Assembly (NCBI GenBank): GCA_016780995.1
Contig: JADHKZ010000001.1
Span: 22,473 to 86,472, forward strand
Origin: Thermoleophilia bacterium
Lineage (GTDB): Bacteria; Actinomycetota; Thermoleophilia; Miltoncostaeales; Miltoncostaeaceae
Direction of reading: 5' to 3'
Length of the DNA stretch: 64,000 nucleotides
Of the stretch, positions 1 to 9,821 are shown one piece after another. Within the stretch, counting starts at the first letter, position 1. Every line of letters begins with the position of its first letter. The notes under the pieces were generated by a model that had not been told where the DNA came from, ran no database searches, and saw only the letters and a list, made by a program, of their open reading frames with translations. The position numbers and the translations under genes were made by a program.

Positions 1-1521
1 AAGCGCCCGGTGCATGGGCGGCAGCAGGTTGTCGGTGCCGCGGGCGGCGGAACGCACGGCGTCCAGCGCCGCGGACACCTCGGCCTGGTCGCGCGACGCG
101 CGCAGGTCGGCCAGGCGCTGCACCTGGGCCCGCTCGATGGCGGGGTCGATCTTGAGGATGTCGATCTGGGTGTCCTCCGGCTCGGCCTGCACGTTGATGC
201 CCACCACCTTGCGCTCGCCGCTCTCCATCGCCTTGTGCCAGCGGTAGGCGGCGTCGGCGATCTCGTCGCGCATGAACTCGATGCTGTCCACCGCACCGCC
301 GCGCTCGTCGATGCGGGTGATCAGGTCGTTCGCCCGCTCCTCGATCTGCGCGGTGAGCGACTCCACCATCCAGCCACCGGCCATGGGGTCGGCGCTATCG
401 GTGATGCCGGTCTCCTCGGCGATCACCTGTTGCGTGCGCAGGGCCAGCTTGGCCGACTGCTCGGTGGGCAGGGCCAGGGCCTCGTCGTAGCCGTTGGCGT
501 GGATCGACTGCGCCCCGCCTAGCGCCGCCGAAAGCACCTGCAGCGCCACGCGCACCACGTTGTTGTCGGGCTGCTGGGCCGTGAGCGTGGACCCGCCGGT
601 CTGCGCGTGGAAGCGCAGGGCCATGGACTTGGGGTCGGTGGCGCCGAACCGCTCGCGCATGATGCGCGCCCACAGGGTGCGCGCCGCGCGGAACTTGGCC
701 ACCTCCTCCATGAAGTTCGAGTGGGCGTTGAAGAAGAACGACAGCCGGGGGGCGAAGCGGTCCACGTCCAGCCCGGCGTCCACGGCGGCCTGCACGTAGG
801 CGATGCCGTCGGCCAGGGTGAACGCCACCTCCTGCACCGCGGTGGAGCCGGCCTCGCGGATGTGGTACCCGCTAATGGAGATGGTGTTGAAACGCGGCAT
901 CTCGGCGGCGCAGTACGCGAACGTGTCGGTGGTCAGCCGCATGCTGGCGTGCGGCGGGAAGATGTAGTTGCCGCGGGCGATGTACTCCTTGAGCACGTCG
1001 TTCTGGATGGTGCCCCGCAGCTGGTCGGCCGCCACGCCCTGCGACTCGCCCACCAGCCGGTACAGCAGCAGCAGCACGGCCGCGGGCGCGTTGATGGTCA
1101 TGCTGGTGGACACCTCGTCCAGCGGGATTCCGTCGAACACCCGCAGCATGTCGTCCAGCGAGTCGATGGCCACGCCCACGCGCCCCACCTCGCCCAGCGC
1201 CCGCGGGTCGTCCGAGTCCATGCCCAGCTGCGTGGGCAGGTCGAACGCCATCGACAGCCCCGGCGCGCCGTTGGCCAGCAGGTACCGGAAGCGCTCGTTG
1301 GTCTCCTCGGCGGTGGCGAAGCCCGCGTACTGCCGCATGGTCCACGGCTTCTCGCGGTACATCGTGCGGTAGGGGCCGCGGGTGAACGGGTACTCGCCGG
1401 GCTCGCCCAAGGCGCCCGCCAGGTCCAGCGCCGCGGTGTCGTCCGCGTGGTAGACCGGCTCGATCTCGATTCCGGAGTCGGTGCTCCGGGCTCCGCCCGC
1501 GGCGTCGGTGCTGCTGCTCAC
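1..1521 (-). CDS. methylmalonyl-CoA mutase family protein, large substrate-binding domain (partial; 3' end lies beyond the window)
   Basis: My own minus-strand translation from GTG at 1521 reads [10 protein letters not shown]...[63 protein letters not shown]...[26 protein letters not shown]. The frame stays open to base 1. It is missing from the ORF track because no stop falls inside the window. Confidence 0.85.
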   Translation of the reverse strand, partial: MSSSTDAAGGARSTDSGIEIEPVYHADDTAALDLAGALGEPGEYPFTRGPYRTMYREKPWTMRQYAGFATAEETNERFRYLLANGAPGLSMAFDLPTQLGMDSDDPRALGEVGRVGVAIDSLDDMLRVFDGIPLDEVSTSMTINAPAAVLLLLYRLVGESQGVAADQLRGTIQNDVLKEYIARGNYIFPPHASMRLTTDTFAYCAAEMPRFNTISISGYHIREAGSTAVQEVAFTLADGIAYVQAAVDAGLDVDRFAPRLSFFFNAHSNFMEEVAKFRAARTLWARIMRERFGATDPKSMALRFHAQTGGSTLTAQQPDNNVVRVALQVLSAALGGAQSIHANGYDEALALPTEQSAKLALRTQQVIAEETGITDSADPMAGGWMVESLTAQIEERANDLITRIDERGGAVDSIEFMRDEIADAAYRWHKAMESGERKVVGINVQAEPEDTQIDILKIDPAIERAQVQRLADLRASRDQAEVSAALDAVRSAARGTDNLLPPMHRAL

Positions 1522-1606
1522 GCGTCCCCCCAGAAGTCGCGGCACGCTACCAAAACGGGGGTGCCCGCCAGCACGCCCGCGCGGCCGCCGCGATAGCCTC
1601 ACGGGA

Positions 1607-1999
1607 ATGAGCGATCAGGACCGCCGGCTCGATCCGGCCACGGGCCCCGGCGTGGGCGTTATCGACGCCCCCGACCAGGCATCGGACGTCGAGGAGAACC
1701 TCTGGACCGACGACTCCGGCGAGGACCTGCAGGGCTGGTACTGCATCGCCACCGACCCGTGGCCGTGCCCGGCCGAGGGGTGCGGGTTCGTGGCCAACCA
1801 CATCACGGCCGCCCACCTGGTCATCTGCTGGCCGGAGATGGATGATCCCAACCTGCTCACCCACGCGCAGATCGCCAAGGAGGTGGGGCGCAACCCGCGG
1901 GTGGTGGAGTACCAGACCGGCATGGGGCCGGCGTGCTCGTACTACCAGTGGATCGCCGCCGGTCGGCCCGTGCACGGCGTGAGGGCGCAGGACGCCTAG
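1607..1999 (+). CDS. hypothetical small Cys/Trp-rich protein
   Basis: ATG at 1607 inside track ORF 1481..1999 ([10 protein letters not shown]...[18 protein letters not shown]...). G/C dominates third codon positions. No family recognised. Confidence 0.6.
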   Translation: MSDQDRRLDPATGPGVGVIDAPDQASDVEENLWTDDSGEDLQGWYCIATDPWPCPAEGCGFVANHITAAHLVICWPEMDDPNLLTHAQIAKEVGRNPRVVEYQTGMGPACSYYQWIAAGRPVHGVRAQDA

Positions 2000-2742
2000 A
2001 GCAGCCGGCGGGCCTTCAGGTCGGCCACCACGGCATTGGAGAGCGTGGTGGCCAGCAGCCCCGTCCTCCTCAGGAACCTGTTGTCCTCGGGCGCGGCGCC
2101 CGCCTCCACCAGCACGCGCGACTGCGCGGTGGTGCGGTAGAAGCCGTAGAAGTGGTTCATCCGCCGGTTGGAATTGGGGGGGATGACCCCGTTGAACCGC
2201 CCCCGGGCCCCGTTGGCACGCGTGAAGATGCGCTTGAGGGCCACTGACACCCGGCGCGCGGTGCCGGCCGACGTGCGCTGCACGGCGGGGCTCACCGTGG
2301 TGGCCGGAGTGCGGTGCGGCGCGCTGTCGGGGTACGGGGTGGGCCTGCCGGTGCCGAAGCCCTGGCCCCGGTAGTAGTTCTCATTGCCGCCGGTGATCGC
2401 GTGCCCCACCATGGCCGCGCCCCCTGCGGAATCGTGGTGGATGCTGATGAACGTGGCGCCACCCACGCCAAGGGGCGTCACGCGCGCGGCCTGCGGCCGG
2501 GCGTCCACGCCGGCGGTCCTTAGTCGCTTCACCATCAGGTCGCGCACGCGCCGGTTGAACTCCGACTCCAGGCCGAACGGGTTGCCCGACGCGCCGGTCT
2601 GGGCCAGGTAGCCCGGCTCGCCGGGGGCCAGGTGCCCGGCCTGCACCAGCACCACGGGCCGTGCGCCCCACGCCGCCGCCGGCGCCAGCACGGCCGCGGC
2701 CACGACCATGGATGCAATGGCTGCGCGCATGCGCCGCAGCAT
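1996..2742 (-). CDS. secreted N-acetylmuramoyl-L-alanine amidase (Amidase_3-like)
   Basis: Track ORF 1996..2781. Signal-like MLRRMRAAIASMVVAAAVLAPAAAWG starts at the ATG at 2742. Zinc-ligand pattern QAGH ... ESEFN ... ISIHHDS fits Amidase_3. Confidence 0.7.
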   Translation of the reverse strand: MLRRMRAAIASMVVAAAVLAPAAAWGARPVVLVQAGHLAPGEPGYLAQTGASGNPFGLESEFNRRVRDLMVKRLRTAGVDARPQAARVTPLGVGGATFISIHHDSAGGAAMVGHAITGGNENYYRGQGFGTGRPTPYPDSAPHRTPATTVSPAVQRTSAGTARRVSVALKRIFTRANGARGRFNGVIPPNSNRRMNHFYGFYRTTAQSRVLVEAGAAPEDNRFLRRTGLLATTLSNAVVADLKARRLL

Positions 2743-2823
2743 GGCAGTGCCCCCGGACCACAACCGCACGGGTCGTTCCACCGGCCCGTGGAGCCCGCAC
2801 CGGGGTGCCCCTATGCTTGCGGC

Positions 2824-3399
2824 GTGAGCGGCCGGTCATCCCTGAACCCCGCCCTCGTCGTGACGGCGGCGCGCATCGCGCTGATCCCGATCGTGATGGT
2901 GCTCATCCTCATCGACGACGAGGGCGGCCGGTACTGGGCCTTCGGCCTCTACGTGGTGGCGGCGGCCACCGACTCGCTGGACGGCTGGCTGGCCCGCTCG
3001 CGAGGCCAGGTGACCGTGGCGGGGGCGTTCCTCGATCCCCTGGCCGACAAGCTGCTGGTGGCGGGCGCGCTGCTCTGCCTCATCGAGGTGGGCGACGTGT
3101 CGGCGTGGATCGCCATGGTCATCATCACCCGTGAGTTCGCGGTCACCGGACTGCGCCTCATCGCCGTGCGCGAGGACCTGGTGATTCCCGCCAGCAACCT
3201 CGGCAAGATCAAGACCCTCAGCCAGAACGTGGCCATCGCGTGGGTCATCCTGAACGTGGCCCCGCAATGGCAGTACGACGCCCTCCTGTACCTGGCGGTG
3301 GCCCTCACCGTCATCTCGGGCGCGTACTACTTCATCATGGCGCGTCGCCGGCTCTTCGAGGGCCGCGTGCCTGCCCCCGACGTCACCGGAGATCCGTGA
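2824..3399 (+). CDS. pgsA: CDP-diacylglycerol--glycerol-3-phosphate 3-phosphatidyltransferase
   Basis: CDP-alcohol phosphatidyltransferase motif DSLDGWLARSRGQVTVAGAFLDPLADKL. GTG at 2824 removes the Arg/His-rich junk N-terminus of track ORF 2632..3399. Confidence 0.85.
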   Translation: MSGRSSLNPALVVTAARIALIPIVMVLILIDDEGGRYWAFGLYVVAAATDSLDGWLARSRGQVTVAGAFLDPLADKLLVAGALLCLIEVGDVSAWIAMVIITREFAVTGLRLIAVREDLVIPASNLGKIKTLSQNVAIAWVILNVAPQWQYDALLYLAVALTVISGAYYFIMARRRLFEGRVPAPDVTGDP

Positions 3400-4004
3400 A
3401 CCAGGCCCTCGCACTCGTCATCGCCTACCTGCTGGGCTCCATACCCTTCGCCTACCTGGCGGGTCGCCTGAACGGCGTGGACCTGCGCACCGTGGGCAGC
3501 GGCAACCTCGGAGCCACCAACGTGTTCCGCACGCTGGGGCGCACCGTGGGGATCGTGGTGATGGTGCTGGACATCGCCAAGGGCGCGGCCGCGGTGCTCA
3601 TCGCCCAGTGGCTGGCCGGGGGGTCCTGGTGGCCCATCGCCGCGGGCGCGCTGGCCATCCTGGGCCACGTGTTCCCCGTGTGGACCGGGTTCAAGGGGGG
3701 CAAGGGCGTGGCCGTGGGCGCCGGCGCGCTCATCGGCCTGGTGCCGTTGGCCAGCGCCGTGCTCATCGTCCTCTGGGTGCTGCTGGTGCTGCTCACCCGC
3801 TACGTATCGGTGGCCAGCATCGTGGCCGCCCTGGCCGCCGCCCCGCTGGCGTGGCTCTTCGGCGCGCCGTGGCCCTACGTGGCCTTCATCGCCCTCGCCG
3901 CGTTGTTCGTCATCGTCAAGCACGGCGAGAACATCCAGCGGCTGCTGAACGGCACGGAGAACCGCATCCACCTGGGCGGCAAGGGCACGCCGGACCCCAC
4001 CTGA
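3396..4004 (+). CDS. plsY: glycerol-3-phosphate acyltransferase PlsY
   Basis: VNQALALVIAYLLGSIPFAYLAGRL...GSGNLGATNVFRTLG...FKGGKGVA. The GTG at 3396 overlaps the pgsA stop (GTGA). Confidence 0.9.
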   Translation: MNQALALVIAYLLGSIPFAYLAGRLNGVDLRTVGSGNLGATNVFRTLGRTVGIVVMVLDIAKGAAAVLIAQWLAGGSWWPIAAGALAILGHVFPVWTGFKGGKGVAVGAGALIGLVPLASAVLIVLWVLLVLLTRYVSVASIVAALAAAPLAWLFGAPWPYVAFIALAALFVIVKHGENIQRLLNGTENRIHLGGKGTPDPT

Positions 4005-4019
4005 CGGCGCCCGGGTGGT

Positions 4020-4132
4020 GCGCTACCGGGGTATTCCCTCCGGTCGCGAATCGGAATCGCGAGTCCTCCGGGGCTTCGCCCCGGAGGCCAGGGCGTCGTT
4101 TCGTCTTCCCTCCGGGATTACCCCGGTAGCGC
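4020..4132 (+). repeat. conserved structured element, copy A (candidate ncRNA, 3'UTR element or complex terminator)
   Basis: Shares two identical 27-nt blocks (4034-4060 and 4091-4117) with 55773-55881. Closing stem is 19 bp with 1 mismatch (4020-4038 with 4114-4132). Inner hairpin is 4065-4073 with 4079-4087. Confidence 0.6.
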
Positions 4133-4145
4133 TCATCCGTCCGGG

Positions 4146-5132
4146 TCAGGCAGGGCCGTCGAGCCACTCCGGCAGGGTGATGTGGCGGCTCGCGTGCGGT
4201 CCACCGGCCACCTCGGCACGCATCTCGCCCAGCAGGCCGTGGCGCTCGGCCTCGACGTCGTGGGTGTGGATGGTCTCGTAGTTCTCCTGGTGCGCCGACA
4301 CGAAGGCCTCGTCGGGCAGGTCGGGGAACCGGGCGATGACGCCGGCCACCATCTCGCGCACGGAGTCCTCCACGAACCGCGGGCGGCGGTGGGCCTTGTC
4401 CACCACGTAGAGCTCGTCGGGGCGCTTGAGCAGCTCGTAGATCTCCGACGACATGCCGTCCTCGACGATCCCGATGAGGGCGTCGGCGGGGATGTCCACC
4501 GGGCCGGGTGCACCCACCAGCAGGGTGCCGCGGGCGCGCTGGTTGTGGGTGGCGATCGGCACCCGCGCGACGATGCGGTCGATCTCCTCGGGGCTGAAGC
4601 CGTCATCGGCCAGCGCCGCCTCGGCCTGCTCGCGCACCAGTCCCTGCGCGCACGGGCAGGCGTTCATGCCCTGCGCCGACACGCCCACGGCGCGTCGGCT
4701 GCTGCCCGGGCGGGCGGCGGCCGTGCCGATGAGGCCGTACATCTCCTGGGTGGCCACGTCGGTCACCGGCGTGCGCTTCTCCACCGGGTACCGGGCGCGG
4801 ATGGTGGCCATGCCGCGCAGCGCGCCCTGGCGCTCCACCACCCGGCGGGCGATGTTCTCGGCCAGGGCCTCGATGGCCACGGGCTCGCCGATGAGCACGG
4901 CGTCGATGGCCTCGTTCACCTCCTCCTCGAAGCGCGACATGTGCACGCCCTTCTGGTCGGGGTCGAGGTCCACCACGCACTCCACGGTGGCGTCCATGTA
5001 GTGCTCCCCGCCGCCGAACGCCAGGCGGATGGCCTTGGCCGACCGGCTCACGCCGGCCCGCGACAGGCCGATGCGGGTGGCGGGCGATGTGTCCTGCAGG
5101 TCCTCCGAGAACTCCAGGGGGTGGCTGGTCAT
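4146..5132 (-). CDS. folE2: GTP cyclohydrolase IB (FolE2/MptA family)
   Basis: MTSHPLEFSEDLQD...GVHMSRFEE...GMNACPCAQ...IATHNQRARG, typical of the FolE2 family. The ATG at 5132 overlaps the Grx stop (ATGA). Confidence 0.85.
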   Translation of the reverse strand: MTSHPLEFSEDLQDTSPATRIGLSRAGVSRSAKAIRLAFGGGEHYMDATVECVVDLDPDQKGVHMSRFEEEVNEAIDAVLIGEPVAIEALAENIARRVVERQGALRGMATIRARYPVEKRTPVTDVATQEMYGLIGTAAARPGSSRRAVGVSAQGMNACPCAQGLVREQAEAALADDGFSPEEIDRIVARVPIATHNQRARGTLLVGAPGPVDIPADALIGIVEDGMSSEIYELLKRPDELYVVDKAHRRPRFVEDSVREMVAGVIARFPDLPDEAFVSAHQENYETIHTHDVEAERHGLLGEMRAEVAGGPHASRHITLPEWLDGPA

Positions 5133-5467
5133 CAGGCGGGCACCATCTTCTGGAGCTCGCCGTCCTGGTAGAGCTCGGTCACGATGTCGCACCCGCCCAC
5201 CAGCGTGCCGTCCACGAACAGCTGCGGGATCGTGGGCCAGTCCGACCAGCCCGACAGCACCATGCGCACGCGCGGGTCCTCCAGGATGTTGCGGGAGCCG
5301 TACTCCACGCCCAGGTGGCCGAGGATCTGCACCACGCGCATGGAGAACCCGCATGCGGGAGCGTCGGGCGTGCCCTTCATGTAGAGGAACACGCGATTGG
5401 CGGCCACCTCCGCCTTGATCTGCTCGAGGATCTGCTCGTCGGTCATCGTGGTGACGTCGCTCATCAT
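5132..5467 (-). CDS. grxD: monothiol glutaredoxin (Grx4/GrxD family, CGFS active site)
   Basis: VFLYMKGTPDAPACGFSMRVVQIL...WPTIPQLFVDGTLVGGCDIV. The ATG at 5467 overlaps the BolA stop (ATGA). Confidence 0.9.
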   Translation of the reverse strand: MMSDVTTMTDEQILEQIKAEVAANRVFLYMKGTPDAPACGFSMRVVQILGHLGVEYGSRNILEDPRVRMVLSGWSDWPTIPQLFVDGTLVGGCDIVTELYQDGELQKMVPA

Positions 5468-5697
5468 GCCTCCGGGGCTCGCGTCTTCAGCGCGAGGGCG
5501 TGGATCTGGCCGTCGTCGATGCGCGCCTGGACGGCGGCATACACGGCCTTGTGCTGGTCGATGCGGCTCATTCCCTCGAACTGGGGCGCCACCACGATCG
5601 CGGCCAGGTGATCCCCGCCGCCGTGGTCCTGCACCTCCACCTGCGCGCCCGGGAGGGCGTCTTCGATCATCTTCCGGAGCTCGTCGAGGTCGGCCAT
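5464..5697 (-). CDS. BolA family protein
   Basis: Track ORF 5464..5697: MADLDELRKMIEDALPGAQVEVQDHGGGDHLAAIVVAPQFEGMSRIDQHKAVYAAV, BolA-like. Confidence 0.85.
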   Translation of the reverse strand: MADLDELRKMIEDALPGAQVEVQDHGGGDHLAAIVVAPQFEGMSRIDQHKAVYAAVQARIDDGQIHALALKTRAPEA

Positions 5698-5715
5698 GGC
5701 GGGGAGGATAGGGCG

Positions 5716-7725
<2,010 letters not shown>

Positions 7726-7771
7726 GTGGCTGATGGTCGCACCGAGGCCGCGCGCGGCGCCCGCCGACCGG

Positions 7772-8167
7772 TCAGTGCACCAGCGCAACCCCTGCGGCTG
7801 TCGCGGCACCCCTCAGCCCGCGATCCAGGCTGGCCAGCGGGATGCCGCGGCGCAGCGCGATGGAGAGGTACGACGCGTCGTACGGCGTGATCCCGTGGCG
7901 GCCGGCCAGGGCGAGCAGCCATCCGAGCGCCGGCGGGGCATCGTCCTCGACCGGGTCCAGGCCTTCGATCAACCGGACGGCCGTGGCCAGGCCGGCCTCG
8001 TCCACGCGCCCGCGCCGGAGCGCCGTGTCAAGCGCGTTCGCCACCTCGAAGCGCCAGAGGGCGGGCACGATGGCCGCCCCGGATCGGAACGCCGACACGA
8101 TCGGCACCACCGGATCCTCCGGCTCGTCGTCCATCACCAGCACCATGGTGGCCGAGGCGTCGAGCAC
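7772..8167 (-). CDS. vapC: PIN-domain toxin (VapC-like)
   Basis: [10 protein letters not shown]... with the acidic PIN positions ([27 protein letters not shown]). Lies 8 nt downstream of the antitoxin gene. Confidence 0.8.
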   Translation of the reverse strand: MLDASATMVLVMDDEPEDPVVPIVSAFRSGAAIVPALWRFEVANALDTALRRGRVDEAGLATAVRLIEGLDPVEDDAPPALGWLLALAGRHGITPYDASYLSIALRRGIPLASLDRGLRGAATAAGVALVH

Positions 8168-8175
8168 GAAGTCGC

Positions 8176-8460
8176 TCAGTACCGCCGCCCCTCACGTATC
8201 CACGCCACGATCTCCTCGTGGCTGGCCCGTATTCCCTTGCCGCTTGCGCGAAACGCCATGAGGTCGGCGATCCATTGCTCGCGTGTGGGCCGCGGGGCCT
8301 CGGGCGGCACGATGCGGGCGACCGGACGCCCGTGGCTGGTGACCACGATCTCCTCGCCTTCGCCTGCCCGCCGCAGCATCTCGCTGAACTTCGCCTTCGC
8401 CTCGGCCACCGGCACGTGCGTGGCGGTGGAGGGGGTGGCAGATGAGGGCGTGGTGGCCAT
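8176..8460 (-). CDS. Phd/YefM-type antitoxin
   Basis: VPVAEAKAKFSEMLRRAGEGEEIVVTSHGRPVARIVP is a typical Phd/YefM N-terminal fold. Sits directly upstream of the PIN gene. Confidence 0.8.
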   Translation of the reverse strand: MATTPSSATPSTATHVPVAEAKAKFSEMLRRAGEGEEIVVTSHGRPVARIVPPEAPRPTREQWIADLMAFRASGKGIRASHEEIVAWIREGRRY

Positions 8461-8466
8461 GCGGTC

Positions 8467-8472
8467 ATTCTA
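8467..8472 (-). promoter_or_regulatory. candidate -10 box (TAGAAT) giving a leaderless antitoxin mRNA
   Basis: The minus strand reads TAGAAT-GACCGC-ATG, so the hexamer ends 6 nt before the antitoxin ATG at 8460. No convincing -35. Confidence 0.3.
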
Positions 8473-8533
8473 GTCACCGTCTGGTCATATCTCCCGCACG
8501 GCACCGTGACGGCACTGCACTACCGTTGGCGCC

Positions 8534-9631
8534 GTGAGCGACTCCTTCATGCAGGCCGCGGGTGGCATGCCCCCGCGTGGCGACGCGGCCCGGTGGCGCC
8601 AGGTGGCGCTGCTGGCGGTGGCCGCGTCGCTGGGCCACCGCGGCGCGCGCCCGTCGCTGGCCGCGGCGCTGCAGTCGCTGGACCACCCCGTGGAGGCGGG
8701 CCGCGCCCTTGCCGCCGCGCCCGATGATGATCCCTGGACCCGCTGGTGGGCGGTGCTGGCCGTGGGCCAGGGGGAGGGGGCCGAGGGGCTGGACCGGGCG
8801 CTGGCGTCCGCGCGCCCGGTTGCGCCCGAGGGACCCGATGGCCGCGACGTGGCGCGGCGGCTCGACGACCTGGCCGCGGAGCTCGCCGCCCTGCGCGGTC
8901 AGGGGGGCGAGGCCCGCTTCGCCCTGTTGGGCCATCGCGCCACCCCGGAACGCCGGGTGCTGCTGGCGGGCAGGTCGTCGGCGGCGTTCATCGTGGACCC
9001 GTCATGGGACGCCCTTTCGCTGGTGCGGCTTGCGCCGTCCGACGGCCCCAGCATGTCGGGTTCGGCGCACCACTCGCTCGACGAGGTCATCGCGCTGGTG
9101 CGCCAGGGCCAGTCGGGCCAGGGCCGGCCGGTGCCCGGCGACGCCCCGTCGCCCGCCGACCCCCAGGTGATGCTCGAGCTGCTCCGCAGCGACAGCGGAT
9201 CACGCGACCGGGCCCTGGCGTCGCTGGCCGAGGAGGTGCGCGAGGAGCGCGCGCGCCTGGCCGAGCGGCAGGAGGCACTGGACGACGAATGGGGCGAGAT
9301 CCAGGCCGAGAAGGCGCGGCTTCGCACGCTTGCCCAGGGCCTGCTGGAGAAGCAGCAGGCCGGCGGCGTGACCACCCCCACCAGCGCCGCCGAGGCCGCT
9401 GAGTTGCTGGGGCTGGGGCCGCGCCCCGACGCCGTCGAGGTGGAGCGCGCATGGCGCCGCGCGGTGGCCCGGTGCCACCCGGACCGCACGGCCGAACTCC
9501 ACCCCGAGCTGCAGAAGCGTGCCGCCGACATGACCGTGGCCCTCAACGCCGCCCGCGAGATCCTGCTGGCGGCTACTCCCAGTCGTCCTCCGCGGCAAGG
9601 CGGGCGTACTCGCGCCACTCGTCCAGGATGA
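8534..9631 (+). CDS. hypothetical protein with coiled-coil region and C-terminal J domain (HPD motif)
   Basis: C-terminus reads AAELLGLGPRPDAVEVERAWRRAVARCHPDRTAELHPELQKRAADMTVALNAAREIL. The preceding REERARLAERQEALDDEWGEIQAEKARL looks like coiled coil. Confidence 0.6.
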   Translation: MSDSFMQAAGGMPPRGDAARWRQVALLAVAASLGHRGARPSLAAALQSLDHPVEAGRALAAAPDDDPWTRWWAVLAVGQGEGAEGLDRALASARPVAPEGPDGRDVARRLDDLAAELAALRGQGGEARFALLGHRATPERRVLLAGRSSAAFIVDPSWDALSLVRLAPSDGPSMSGSAHHSLDEVIALVRQGQSGQGRPVPGDAPSPADPQVMLELLRSDSGSRDRALASLAEEVREERARLAERQEALDDEWGEIQAEKARLRTLAQGLLEKQQAGGVTTPTSAAEAAELLGLGPRPDAVEVERAWRRAVARCHPDRTAELHPELQKRAADMTVALNAAREILLAATPSRPPRQGGRTRATRPG

Positions 9632-9821
9632 CCCGCACGTCCCGGCCGCTCACCTCCGGGTGCAGCCGGGTGATCAGGTCCACGGCCATGCCGTCGGCGT
9701 TCCGCACGGGCGGGTCGCCCAGTTCCTTCAGCACGGTCCACACGTCGTCCTCGTGCAGCCGGGGGCGCTCGCCCAGGATGAAGGCCGCGGCCTCGCCCAG
9801 GTCCAGCGGGTCGTCATCCAT
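9573..9821 (-). CDS. hypothetical small acidic protein
   Basis: [38 protein letters not shown]... (82 aa). Its ATG at 9821 overlaps the stop of the upstream acyl-CoA ligase gene (ATGA). Confidence 0.55.
   Translation of the reverse strand: MDDDPLDLGEAAAFILGERPRLHEDDVWTVLKELGDPPVRNADGMAVDLITRLHPEVSGRDVRVILDEWREYARLAAEDDWE

Noticed and set aside
1996-1999. Shared CTAG stop-stop overlap of convergent genes (also at 61715-61718).
   Set aside because: This is a trivial consequence of two TAG stops overlapping on opposite strands, and no further structure is associated with it.
4020-4132. The repeated element as a known riboswitch or ribozyme (c-di-AMP/ydaO-like, hammerhead on the reverse strand because of GACGAAAC, or 6C RNA).
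   Set aside because: There is no CUGAUGA core for a hammerhead, no paired ACGGGGA/pseudo-symmetric ydaO blocks, and no C-rich loops as in 6C. One copy also lies between two gene 3' ends, which does not fit a 5' riboswitch.
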